Positions 56,851 through 64,000 of a stretch of 64,000 bases of DNA are shown here, piece by piece. Location of the stretch: positions 61,460 through 125,459 of the forward strand of contig JBBSNM010000001.1 in assembly GCA_038232655.1 (NCBI GenBank), written 5' to 3'. The notes under the pieces were generated by a model. It was not told where the DNA came from. It did not search any database and saw nothing but the letters and a program-made list of their open reading frames with translations. The position numbers and the translations under genes were made by a program. Position 1 is the stretch's first letter. Each line of letters starts with the position of its first letter. Source of the DNA: Propionibacteriales bacterium (GTDB lineage Bacteria; Actinomycetota; Actinomycetes; Propionibacteriales; Nocardioidaceae).

Positions 56851-57846
56851 ATGAACTGGGACCAGATCATCGAGTTCTCCCTCCGCTCGGCGTTCGGCAG
56901 CGACGCGATCGTGTACGCGATGGCAGCGATCGGGCTGAACATCCACTTCGGCTACACCGGGCTGCTCAACTTCGGGCAGGCCGGCTTCATGGCCGTCGGC
57001 GGCTACGGCATCGCTGCCAGCGTGACGACGTTCGGGTTGTCGTTCTGGGTGGCGGTCCCGATCGGGATCCTGGCGGCGATCGTGTTCGCCCTGCTGCTGG
57101 GCGCCCCAACGCTGCGGCTGCGCGCCGACTATCTGGCGATCGTCACCATCGCCGCGGCCGAGATCATCCGCATCGTGGTGGGGTCGGTGACCCTGCAGGA
57201 ATACTTCGGCGGCCGGGACGGGCTGCAAGAGTTCAACGACTCGTTTACCGCGATCAACCCCTACGACTCCTCGCTGAACCTGTTCCTGTTCACGCTGCGA
57301 CCCAACGACGCCTGGGTCTTCACCGTCGGCTGGATCATGGTGGCGCTGGCCTGCCTGCTGGTGTGGGCGTTGATGCGCAGCCCGTGGGGTCGGGTGCTGA
57401 AGTCGATCCGCGAGGACGAGGAAGCCGTCCGCTCGCTGGGCAAGAACGTCTACAGCTACAAGATGCAGGCGCTGGTGCTCGGTGGCGTCCTCGGCGGCAT
57501 CGCCGGCTTCCTCGTGGCCCTGGACCAGGCGGCGATCAATCCCGAGAACTTCTCCACCGACGTGACGTTCTTCGCCTACACCGTGCTGATCCTCGGTGGC
57601 GCGGGCCGGGTGTTCGGCCCGGTGGTCGGCGCCATCATGTTCTGGTTCCTCATCAGCGTCCTCGGCAACTTCTTCACCCAGGCCACCGCCGGGGCCAACC
57701 CGCTGATCAGTCCGGACATCATGACCGGGACGCAGGCCAGCCTGGTGCGCTTCATCGCCGCCGGGCTCGGGCTGGTGCTGCTCATCATCTTCCGCCCACA
57801 GGGGATCTTCGGAGACAAGAGGGAGATCGCACTCGATGCCCGCTGA
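56851..57846 (+). CDS. livM: branched-chain amino acid ABC transporter permease (LivM family), 331 aa
   Basis: Contains GLNIHFGYTGLLNFGQAGFMAVGGY. Confidence 0.85.
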   Translation: MNWDQIIEFSLRSAFGSDAIVYAMAAIGLNIHFGYTGLLNFGQAGFMAVGGYGIAASVTTFGLSFWVAVPIGILAAIVFALLLGAPTLRLRADYLAIVTIAAAEIIRIVVGSVTLQEYFGGRDGLQEFNDSFTAINPYDSSLNLFLFTLRPNDAWVFTVGWIMVALACLLVWALMRSPWGRVLKSIREDEEAVRSLGKNVYSYKMQALVLGGVLGGIAGFLVALDQAAINPENFSTDVTFFAYTVLILGGAGRVFGPVVGAIMFWFLISVLGNFFTQATAGANPLISPDIMTGTQASLVRFIAAGLGLVLLIIFRPQGIFGDKREIALDAR

Positions 57847-58804
57847 CACCGCCACCGACTCCACCGACTCCACCGACTCCACCGTCGGCACCGCGAAGGC
57901 CGCGGCCACCCTGCGCGACGTGGACCGCGAGCCGGGCTCGAAGAAGCCCGACTCGATCCTCGTCGCCGACGGCATCCGCCGGCAGTTCGGCGGTCTGATC
58001 GCCGTCGACGTGGGCCACCTGGATTTGCAGCGCGGCGTCATCACGGCGCTGATCGGGCCCAATGGTGCGGGGAAGACCACGTTCTTCAACCTGCTCACCG
58101 GCTTCGACCGGCCCGACGCCGGGTCGTGGTCGTTCAACGGCCGCTCGCTGGACGGCGTCGCGGCGCACCGGGTTGCCCGGCTGGGCATGGTGCGCACCTT
58201 CCAGCTCACCAAGGTGCTCAGCAAGCTGAGCGTGATCGAGAACATGCGGCTGGCTGCCACCGGGCAGAGCGGCGAGAGCTTCCTGTCCGCGTTGCTGCCG
58301 ATGCGCTGGCGCGGTGAGGAGCGCGCCAACACCGAGCGCGCCGACTCGCTGCTCGCCCGCTTCACGCTCGACACCAAGCGGGAGGACTTCGCCGGGTCGC
58401 TGTCGGGTGGGCAGCGCAAGCTGCTGGAGATGGCACGCGCGCTGATGGTCGAGCCCGAGCTGGTGATGCTCGACGAGCCGATGGCCGGGGTCAACCCGGC
58501 CCTCAAGCAGTCGCTGCTGGGACACGTCAAGACGTTGCGCGACGAGGGCCGCACCGTGCTGTTCGTCGAGCACGACATGGACATGGTCCGCGACATCTCC
58601 GACTGGGTGGTGGTGATGGCCCAGGGCCAGATCGTCGCCGAGGGCCCGCCGGCCGACGTGATGGCGAACCCGGTCGTCATCGACGCCTACCTCGGCGCCC
58701 ACCACGACTCGAACATGAGCGTGGAGGCCGAGGAGCGGCGGTTGGCGGCCGAACGATCAGCGGCGGAACGCGACGAGGACGAGTCCGAGGAGACGCCAGC
58801 ATGA
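57836..58804 (+). CDS. livG: ABC transporter ATP-binding protein (LivG family), 322 aa
   Basis: Has Walker A GPNGAGKTT, signature LSGGQRKLLE and Walker B MLDEP. The N-terminal extension carries (TDS)x3. Confidence 0.9.
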   Translation: MPADTATDSTDSTDSTVGTAKAAATLRDVDREPGSKKPDSILVADGIRRQFGGLIAVDVGHLDLQRGVITALIGPNGAGKTTFFNLLTGFDRPDAGSWSFNGRSLDGVAAHRVARLGMVRTFQLTKVLSKLSVIENMRLAATGQSGESFLSALLPMRWRGEERANTERADSLLARFTLDTKREDFAGSLSGGQRKLLEMARALMVEPELVMLDEPMAGVNPALKQSLLGHVKTLRDEGRTVLFVEHDMDMVRDISDWVVVMAQGQIVAEGPPADVMANPVVIDAYLGAHHDSNMSVEAEERRLAAERSAAERDEDESEETPA

Positions 58805-59655
58805 GTAGCCCGGCGAGCGACCCCACCGGCCCGCTACCGGCCGATCAGCCGGACGACGTCGGTGGCCCCACCAACGCGGATGGGGGGGCGGGCGACACCA
58901 GCGGGCACCGCACCGAGCACCTGCGCGCGGCCGAGGGAGCGGTGCTGCGCGCCGACGCGTTGATCGCCGGCTACGTCCCCGGCGTCAACATCCTCAACAG
59001 CTGCGACCTGTACTGCCGAGACGGCGAGCTGGTCGGCATCATCGGCCCGAACGGCGCCGGCAAGTCGACGCTGCTGAAGGCGCTGTTCGGTCTGGTCCGG
59101 GTCTCCACCGGTTCGGTGCGGCTGCGCGGGGACGAGGTCACCAACCAGCGAGCCGACGTGCTCGTCCGCAAGGGCATCGGGTTCGTGCCGCAGACCAACA
59201 ACGTGTTTCCCGGGCTGACGATCGCCGAGAACCTCGAGATGGGCGTCTACCAGGAGCCCAAGCGCTTCGACGAGCGCTTCGACTTCGTGATCGGGTTGTT
59301 CCCCCGGCTCGGCGAGCGACGCAGCCAGTGGGCCGGGTCACTGTCGGGCGGCGAGCGGCAGATGCTGGCGATGGGCCGGGCGCTGATGATGGAGCCGTCC
59401 GTGCTGCTGCTCGACGAGCCGTCGGCGGGGCTGTCGCCGGCGATGCAGGACGAGGTGTTCGTGCAGACCCGCAAGATCAACAAGGCGGGCGTCTCGGTGG
59501 TGATGGTGGAGCAGAACGCCCGCCGGTGCCTGCAGATCTGCGACCGGGGCTACGTGCTCGACCAGGGCGCCAACGCCTACACCGCCACCGGTCGGGAGCT
59601 GATCCACGACCCCAAGGTCACCGAGCTCTACCTCGGCACCCTCGCCAAGGTCTGA
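58801..59655 (+). CDS. livF: ABC transporter ATP-binding protein (LivF family), 284 aa
   Basis: Has Walker A GPNGAGKST, signature LSGGERQMLA and Walker B LLDEP. Confidence 0.9.
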   Translation: MSSPASDPTGPLPADQPDDVGGPTNADGGAGDTSGHRTEHLRAAEGAVLRADALIAGYVPGVNILNSCDLYCRDGELVGIIGPNGAGKSTLLKALFGLVRVSTGSVRLRGDEVTNQRADVLVRKGIGFVPQTNNVFPGLTIAENLEMGVYQEPKRFDERFDFVIGLFPRLGERRSQWAGSLSGGERQMLAMGRALMMEPSVLLLDEPSAGLSPAMQDEVFVQTRKINKAGVSVVMVEQNARRCLQICDRGYVLDQGANAYTATGRELIHDPKVTELYLGTLAKV

Positions 59656-59664
59656 GCACGCAAG

Positions 59665-59696
59665 CGGCCCCGACCGGAGTGGTCCGGTGGGGGCCG
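59665..59696. terminator. long GC hairpin between convergent livF and the binding-protein gene
   Basis: CGGCCCCgACCGGA gtgg TCCGGTgGGGGCCG gives about 13 bp with one G/G mismatch. There is no clear U-tract. Confidence 0.45.
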
Positions 59697-59725
59697 GTTG
59701 CGATGTACTCAGCCGTTCGGGTGCC

Positions 59726-61009
59726 TCACACCTGGCCGGTGATGTAGCGCACGTTCTCGTAGGTGTTGTCCGCCTTGTACTTGAAGATGCCGATCGTCGC
59801 GGCCGACGGGCTGCCGGTCTCGTTGAACTCCAGCGGGCTGGAGACCCCGTCGTAGTCGATGTCGTCCCCGGCCTTGATCAGCTCCACGCACTTGGCGTAC
59901 TCGGTGCACTTCTCGCCTTCCCTGGTGACACCGACGATCTCCTTGGCGATCGCCTCTCCGGAGTCGTCACCGGCGATGGTGGCAGCCAGCGCGCTGACGA
60001 CCACGGCGTCGTAGGACTCAGGACCGTAGGTGAAGTCGTTGAGCTTCTTGTTGACGCTCAGCATCCGCTTGCGGAAGTCGCTGCTCAACTCGGCACCCGG
60101 GTAGGTCGCCTTCACACCTTCGAGCGTTCCCTGGTTGAAGTCCTTGGAGTAGTCGGCGGTGTTGCCGTCGACGAAGTAGATCTGCTTGTCCTGCGGGCCG
60201 ATGCCCTTCGCCGTCAGGGCCGGGATGATCTTGGTGGTCTCGTTGAAGGCGATGAGCACGATGGCCTCGGGGTCGTTGGACGCGATCTTGTCCACCTCGG
60301 CGTTGAACTGCCCCGCATCGGCGTTGTAGAGCACCTTGTCGGTGACCGTGCCGCCCTGGTCGGTGAAGACCTTCTCGACCTGGTTGGCCAGGGCCTCGCC
60401 GTAGGAGTCCTGGCGGGCCATGATGGCGACGTTGCTGAAGCCGTCGGAGGCGACCAGGTTGGCCAGCACCGCACCCTGGAGGACATCGGACGGGGCGGTA
60501 CGGAAGTACAGCCCCTTGTCGTCGTAGGTGTCGAAAGCCGTCGAGGTGTTGGCCGGGGAGAAGTGCACGACCCCCGCGCCGGTGATCTTGTCGATGACCG
60601 ACAACGAGACGCTGGACGAAGCCGCACCGACAACCACGTCGGCACCCGCATCGAGCAGGTTGTTGGTCTCCTGGGGAGCGATGTTGGGCGTGCCGTCACC
60701 GGAGTCGGCCTTGACCTGCTTCACGGGGGAGCCGTTGACACCGCCCGCCTTGTTGATCTCCTGCACGGCCAGGTCAACGCCGGCGAACTCCGGCGGGCCG
60801 AGGAAGGCGAGGTCACCGGTCTGCGGCAGCAGGGTGCCGATCACCAGGGTGCCGTCACCCTTCGGCGTGTCCTCGGACGGCTTCTCCGAGGCCGTCTCTT
60901 CGCCTCCCGCACTGTCGGAGTCGCTGTCGGTGCCACCACAGGCGGCGAGAATTAGGGCACTGGCAGCAACGACGGCTGCAGCGCGAAAGGGTTGGGAACG
61001 CAGTCGCAT
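59726..61009 (-). CDS. ABC transporter substrate-binding lipoprotein (LivJ/K-like, type I periplasmic binding fold), 427 aa
   Basis: The start is set at ATG 61009 after GGAGGA. It has lipobox LILAACGG and a Ser/Asp linker, followed by an LIVBP-like sequence. Confidence 0.85.
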   Translation of the reverse strand: MRLRSQPFRAAAVVAASALILAACGGTDSDSDSAGGEETASEKPSEDTPKGDGTLVIGTLLPQTGDLAFLGPPEFAGVDLAVQEINKAGGVNGSPVKQVKADSGDGTPNIAPQETNNLLDAGADVVVGAASSSVSLSVIDKITGAGVVHFSPANTSTAFDTYDDKGLYFRTAPSDVLQGAVLANLVASDGFSNVAIMARQDSYGEALANQVEKVFTDQGGTVTDKVLYNADAGQFNAEVDKIASNDPEAIVLIAFNETTKIIPALTAKGIGPQDKQIYFVDGNTADYSKDFNQGTLEGVKATYPGAELSSDFRKRMLSVNKKLNDFTYGPESYDAVVVSALAATIAGDDSGEAIAKEIVGVTREGEKCTEYAKCVELIKAGDDIDYDGVSSPLEFNETGSPSAATIGIFKYKADNTYENVRYITGQV

Positions 61010-61119
61010 GGATCCTCCGTGGTTCAAGCGTGCAGGCAGGTCGCCCAGCATATGGACGGCATAGTATCCGGGCGCTCGCTACAACGGTGTTGCGTGACGC
61101 CACTGTCGCGTCGTTGTTG

Positions 61120-61737
61120 TCACTTCGTGATCTTGCCGGACGGGCCGTGGTCGAGCACCCCCTGGGCCACGTCGCGCATCGACAACCGCAGGTCCATCGC
61201 GGTGGTCTGGATCCAGCGGAAGGCGGCCGGCTCGGTGATGTCGAGGTTGGTCTGCAAGACCCCCTTGGCGCGGTCCACCAGTTTGCGAGTCTCGAGCCGG
61301 TCGCTCAGGTCGGTCACCTCCGCCTCCAGCTGGGTCAGCTCGGCGAACCGGCTCACAGCCATCTCGATGGCCGGCATCAGATCCGATGGCGCGAACGGCT
61401 TGACCAGGTAGGCCATGGCGCCCGACTCACGGGCGCGCTCCACGAGCTCGCGCTGGCTGAAGGCGGTAAGGATCACGACGGGGGCGATCCGCTGCACGGC
61501 GATCCGCTCCGCGACGGAGATCCCGTCGAGGCGCGGCATCTTGACGTCCAGAACGACCAGGTCAGGGCGCAGCTCCTCGACCAGGCGCACGGCCTCCTCG
61601 CCGTCTGCCGCCTGGCCGACGACGTCGTACCCCTCCTCGGCCAGCATCTCGGCCAGGTCGAGGCGGATCAACGCTTCGTCTTCAGCGATCACGACCCGGC
61701 GCGGTACCGCGGCCTGCGCACTCACAGTGTCGGGCAT
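61120..61737 (-). CDS. pdtaR: ANTAR-domain response regulator (PdtaR-like), 205 aa
   Basis: A receiver domain (VVIAEDEALIRLDL..DVKMP) is followed by a C-terminal ANTAR domain (LETRKLVDRAKGVL..AFRWIQTTAMD). Confidence 0.9.
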   Translation of the reverse strand: MPDTVSAQAAVPRRVVIAEDEALIRLDLAEMLAEEGYDVVGQAADGEEAVRLVEELRPDLVVLDVKMPRLDGISVAERIAVQRIAPVVILTAFSQRELVERARESGAMAYLVKPFAPSDLMPAIEMAVSRFAELTQLEAEVTDLSDRLETRKLVDRAKGVLQTNLDITEPAAFRWIQTTAMDLRLSMRDVAQGVLDHGPSGKITK

Positions 61738-61774
61738 GCTGAGAGGCTACCGAGACTCGGTAGGGTGAGGCCGC

Positions 61775-61848
61775 GCCCTGGTATTCCAACTGGCAGAGAA
61801 AGCGGACTCAAACCCCGCACAGTGTGGGTTCGACTCCCACCCAGGGCA
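61775..61848 (+). tRNA. 74-nt cloverleaf tRNA, anticodon CAA (Leu) but with a 5-nt variable loop
   Basis: Acceptor stem GCCCTGG/CCAGGGC (7 bp, perfect). T8 and A14, with G18G19 in the D-loop, and a 3-bp D-stem TTC/GAA. Anticodon arm GCGGA-CTCAAAC-CCCGC with T33 and A37. Variable loop ACAGT. T-arm GTGGG-TTCGACT-CCCAC. Discriminator A; CCA is not encoded. Confidence 0.75.
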
Positions 61849-61853
61849 CGCGG

Positions 61854-63152
61854 TCAACAGCCGGCGAGACGTCGCGGTCCATCGACGAGCCCGGTCGCAT
61901 CCTTGAGCCGCAGCACCCGCAGCGCCGACCGCTCCAGCCGCTCCCTGGTGAGCCGGCCGGCCGCGACCGCGGCACGTATCCCCGCCGTCGCAGCGCCCGG
62001 CGACGGCGACATCAGCAACAGGTCCGCCCCCGCCCGCAGCGCCTGGACGGCGACCCGACCGGCCGTGCCCGGAGAAGCGACCGCGCTCATGCTCAGCGAA
62101 TCGGTCACGATCACCCCCGTGAAGCCCAGCCGCTTGCGCAGCCAGCCCCTGGTCATCGTCGGCGACAACGACGCCGGTCGACCCGAGGGGTCCAGCCGGT
62201 CGTAGGCCAGGTGACCGGTCATCACCATCTCGGCTCCGGACCGGGCACCGGCCACGAACGGGCGCAGGTGCTGGCTGCGCCAGGCCGCCAGCGGCAGGCT
62301 GAGCCGTGGCAGTGCCTGGTGGCTGTCGACGGAGGTCGAGCCGTGCCCTGGCCAGTGCTTCAGGCTCACGGCGACACCGCCACGGTGGTAGCCGCAGATC
62401 TGCTGGCGCACCATCCTCGTCACGACCGCCGGGCCGGTGCCGAACGCGCGGGAGCCGATGACCCCGCCACCACCGACGGTGTCCACGTCGGCCACCGGTG
62501 CGAAGTCGGCGTCGAGCCCCATCGCCGCCATCGCTGCACCCACGCGACGGGCGCTGCCGCGACCGCTGCTCGGATCGCCGCCCAGGTCACGGGCCGCGGG
62601 CTGACCGGTCGCCACCGGACCGGGGAGGCGGGACACCAGTCCGCCCTCCTGGTCGGTGAACAGCAGCGTGGGCGACCCGCCCCGTCGAGACGCCTGGTGC
62701 AGCCCGCGCGACAGCGTGCGCACCTGCTGAGGTGTGGAGACGTTCCGGTCGAAGTAGACGATGCCACCGGGCTGGAAGGTGCGCGCCACCGCGGCCGGGG
62801 TCCGCACCCCGAAGCGTCGCGTGTTGGCCGCCAGCTCGTCGCCGCTCACCCGGTTCGGCGCGGTGCCGGCGACCGTGACGACCTGCAGCTGGTTGGCCAG
62901 CTCGCGCACCGACATCGCCGCCACCTGCCGCCGCAGCCGCTCGCGGGCGGGCCGCGGCTGGCTGGCGGAGCGAGGTGCCCTGGCCTGCTTCGGTGGCTGC
63001 CCGCTCGCCGATGTCTCGTCGGACGGCGGCATGCTGGGGCCCTCCGACAACGCCGTCTCGGGAGGTTCGGCTGCCGGCGTGTCGGTCGCTGCGCTGCAGC
63101 TGACGAGCAGCACGACACTGGCCAGGCCGGCAGCGGTGCGCCGCAGCGTCAC
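61854..63152 (-). CDS. glycoside hydrolase family 3 lipoprotein (NagZ/LpqI-like beta-N-acetylhexosaminidase), 432 aa
   Basis: Has lipobox LLVSCS and a Pro/Ser-rich linker, followed by GH3 N-domain motifs (DQEGG.V.R, KHWPGHG, VVTDSLSM). Its GTG start overlaps the pyk stop (GTGA). Confidence 0.8.
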   Translation of the reverse strand: MTLRRTAAGLASVVLLVSCSAATDTPAAEPPETALSEGPSMPPSDETSASGQPPKQARAPRSASQPRPARERLRRQVAAMSVRELANQLQVVTVAGTAPNRVSGDELAANTRRFGVRTPAAVARTFQPGGIVYFDRNVSTPQQVRTLSRGLHQASRRGGSPTLLFTDQEGGLVSRLPGPVATGQPAARDLGGDPSSGRGSARRVGAAMAAMGLDADFAPVADVDTVGGGGVIGSRAFGTGPAVVTRMVRQQICGYHRGGVAVSLKHWPGHGSTSVDSHQALPRLSLPLAAWRSQHLRPFVAGARSGAEMVMTGHLAYDRLDPSGRPASLSPTMTRGWLRKRLGFTGVIVTDSLSMSAVASPGTAGRVAVQALRAGADLLLMSPSPGAATAGIRAAVAAGRLTRERLERSALRVLRLKDATGLVDGPRRLAGC

Positions 63153-64000
63153 GGGCGCGGGGCCCGCCGGTAGGCCGGTGCCACCTCGTCGCGGGCGTCG
63201 CCCATGCGATGGATGCGCAGCGCGTTGGTCGAGCCGGGGATGCCCGGCGGGCTGCCCGCGACGATCACCACCTCGTCACCCTCGAAGCAGCGCCCGATCT
63301 CGAGCAGGCTGTGGTCGACCTGCATGACCATCTCGTCGGTGTGCTCGACCATCGGGGTCAGGAACGTCTCGATACCCCAGGTCAACGTGAGTTGCGAGCG
63401 CACCGCCCGCAGCGGGGTGAACGCCAGCACCGGCACCGGCCCGCGGTACCGGGCTAACCTCCGGGCGGAGTCACCGGAGGCGGTGAAGGCGACGATGAGC
63501 TTGGCGCCGACTGCCTCGGCCACCTGAGCTGCGGCGCGGCACACGATCCCCCCGCGGGTGTGCGGGTCCCAGTTGATCGCGGCCATCTGGTCCAGGCCAT
63601 GGTCCTCGGTGGACTCGATGATGCGCGCCATCGTGCGCACCGACTCGACGGGATAGTCGCCGACGCTGGTCTCCCCCGACAACATCACCGCGTCCGCGCC
63701 GTCGAGCACTGCGTTGGCGACGTCGGAGGCCTCCGCGCGAGTCGGCCGCGGCGCGGAGATCATCGACTCGAGCATCTGGGTGGCGACGATCACGGGTTTG
63801 GCGTTGCGCCGGGCCTTGTTCACGATCGTCTTCTGCACCATCGGCACGTCCTCGAGCGGCAGCTCGACACCCAGGTCGCCGCGGGCCACCATGATGCCGT
63901 CGAAGGCGGAAACGATCTCGTCCAGGTTGTCGATCGCCTGTGGCTTCTCGATCTTGGCGATCACCGGCAGCCGGACGCCGACCTCGGTCATGATCTTGTG
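63149..64000 (-). CDS. pyk: pyruvate kinase, C-terminal part (gene continues beyond the window end)
   Basis: Contains IAKIEKPQA..NLDEI, MVARGDLGVE, ATQMLESM and MLSGETS.G.YP. Confidence 0.9.
   Translation of the reverse strand, partial: HKIMTEVGVRLPVIAKIEKPQAIDNLDEIVSAFDGIMVARGDLGVELPLEDVPMVQKTIVNKARRNAKPVIVATQMLESMISAPRPTRAEASDVANAVLDGADAVMLSGETSVGDYPVESVRTMARIIESTEDHGLDQMAAINWDPHTRGGIVCRAAAQVAEAVGAKLIVAFTASGDSARRLARYRGPVPVLAFTPLRAVRSQLTLTWGIETFLTPMVEHTDEMVMQVDHSLLEIGRCFEGDEVVIVAGSPPGIPGSTNALRIHRMGDARDEVAPAYRRAPRP

Noticed and set aside
55354-58680. A 1108-aa ORF on the minus strand spanning the whole liv permease/ATPase region.
   Set aside because: It is antisense to four well-supported ABC transporter genes. 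Its composition is dominated by Arg/Gly/Asp/His/Pro with no recognisable domain. This is the classic shadow ORF of high-GC DNA, where stop codons are rare in the antisense frame.
61010-61119. A possible ANTAR target RNA (tandem hexaloop hairpins) in the leader of the binding-protein gene next to pdtaR.
   Set aside because: I saw only short hairpins with 4- or 7-nt loops (for example GACGC-gacagtg-GCGTC). There is no pair of stem-loops with A..G hexaloops, so a call is not supportable by eye.
61775-61848. Reading the tRNA on the minus strand as tRNA-Gln (anticodon TTG).
   Set aside because: The T-loop consensus (GGGTTCGACTCCC) and the T8/A14/G18G19 positions fit only the plus strand. The reverse complement lacks a TTC loop.
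61738-63152. A tRNA-linked genomic island or integrative element.
   Set aside because: There is no integrase, no direct repeat of the tRNA 3' end and no compositional shift. The tRNA is flanked by conserved housekeeping genes (pdtaR, the GH3 lipoprotein, pyk).

Overview
This window is very GC-rich, core-genome DNA from an actinobacterium (Actinomycetota). It is almost fully coding, with about 55 protein genes, one tRNA and no recognisable mobile element, CRISPR array or defence island. From memory, gene order matches two conserved actinobacterial housekeeping blocks. Block one: acn, pabAB, a TrmA-like methyltransferase, an APC permease, trkA x2, the DUF3159/OB-fold/DUF3710/dut/DUF3093/DUF4193 cluster, suhB, ferrochelatase, sepH, a Pat acetyltransferase cluster, ParC/ParE-like topoisomerase subunits flanking lprG-MFS, sigA, dinB and a sigB-like factor. 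Block two: coaE, rpsA, polA, a liv-type ABC transporter, pdtaR, tRNA, a GH3 lipoprotein and pyk (cut at the window end). I did not find a convincing multi-gene novel system. The points most worth a second look: (1) a 132-bp near-perfect direct repeat pair plus a 26-bp tandem array in a convergent intergenic gap; (2) a perfect in-frame 30-bp x4 repeat inside the RNA methyltransferase; (3) two genes, thymidine kinase and a zinc-ribbon membrane protein, each broken by about three frameshifts while all neighbours are intact; (4) a cloverleaf tRNA with a Leu anticodon (CAA) but only a 5-nt variable loop; (5) a LivH permease with a secreted N-terminal domain; (6) several exact short duplications at gene termini. 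Many long ORFs in the track are antisense shadows typical of high-GC DNA and were rejected. Start codons are often GTG and several are uncertain.
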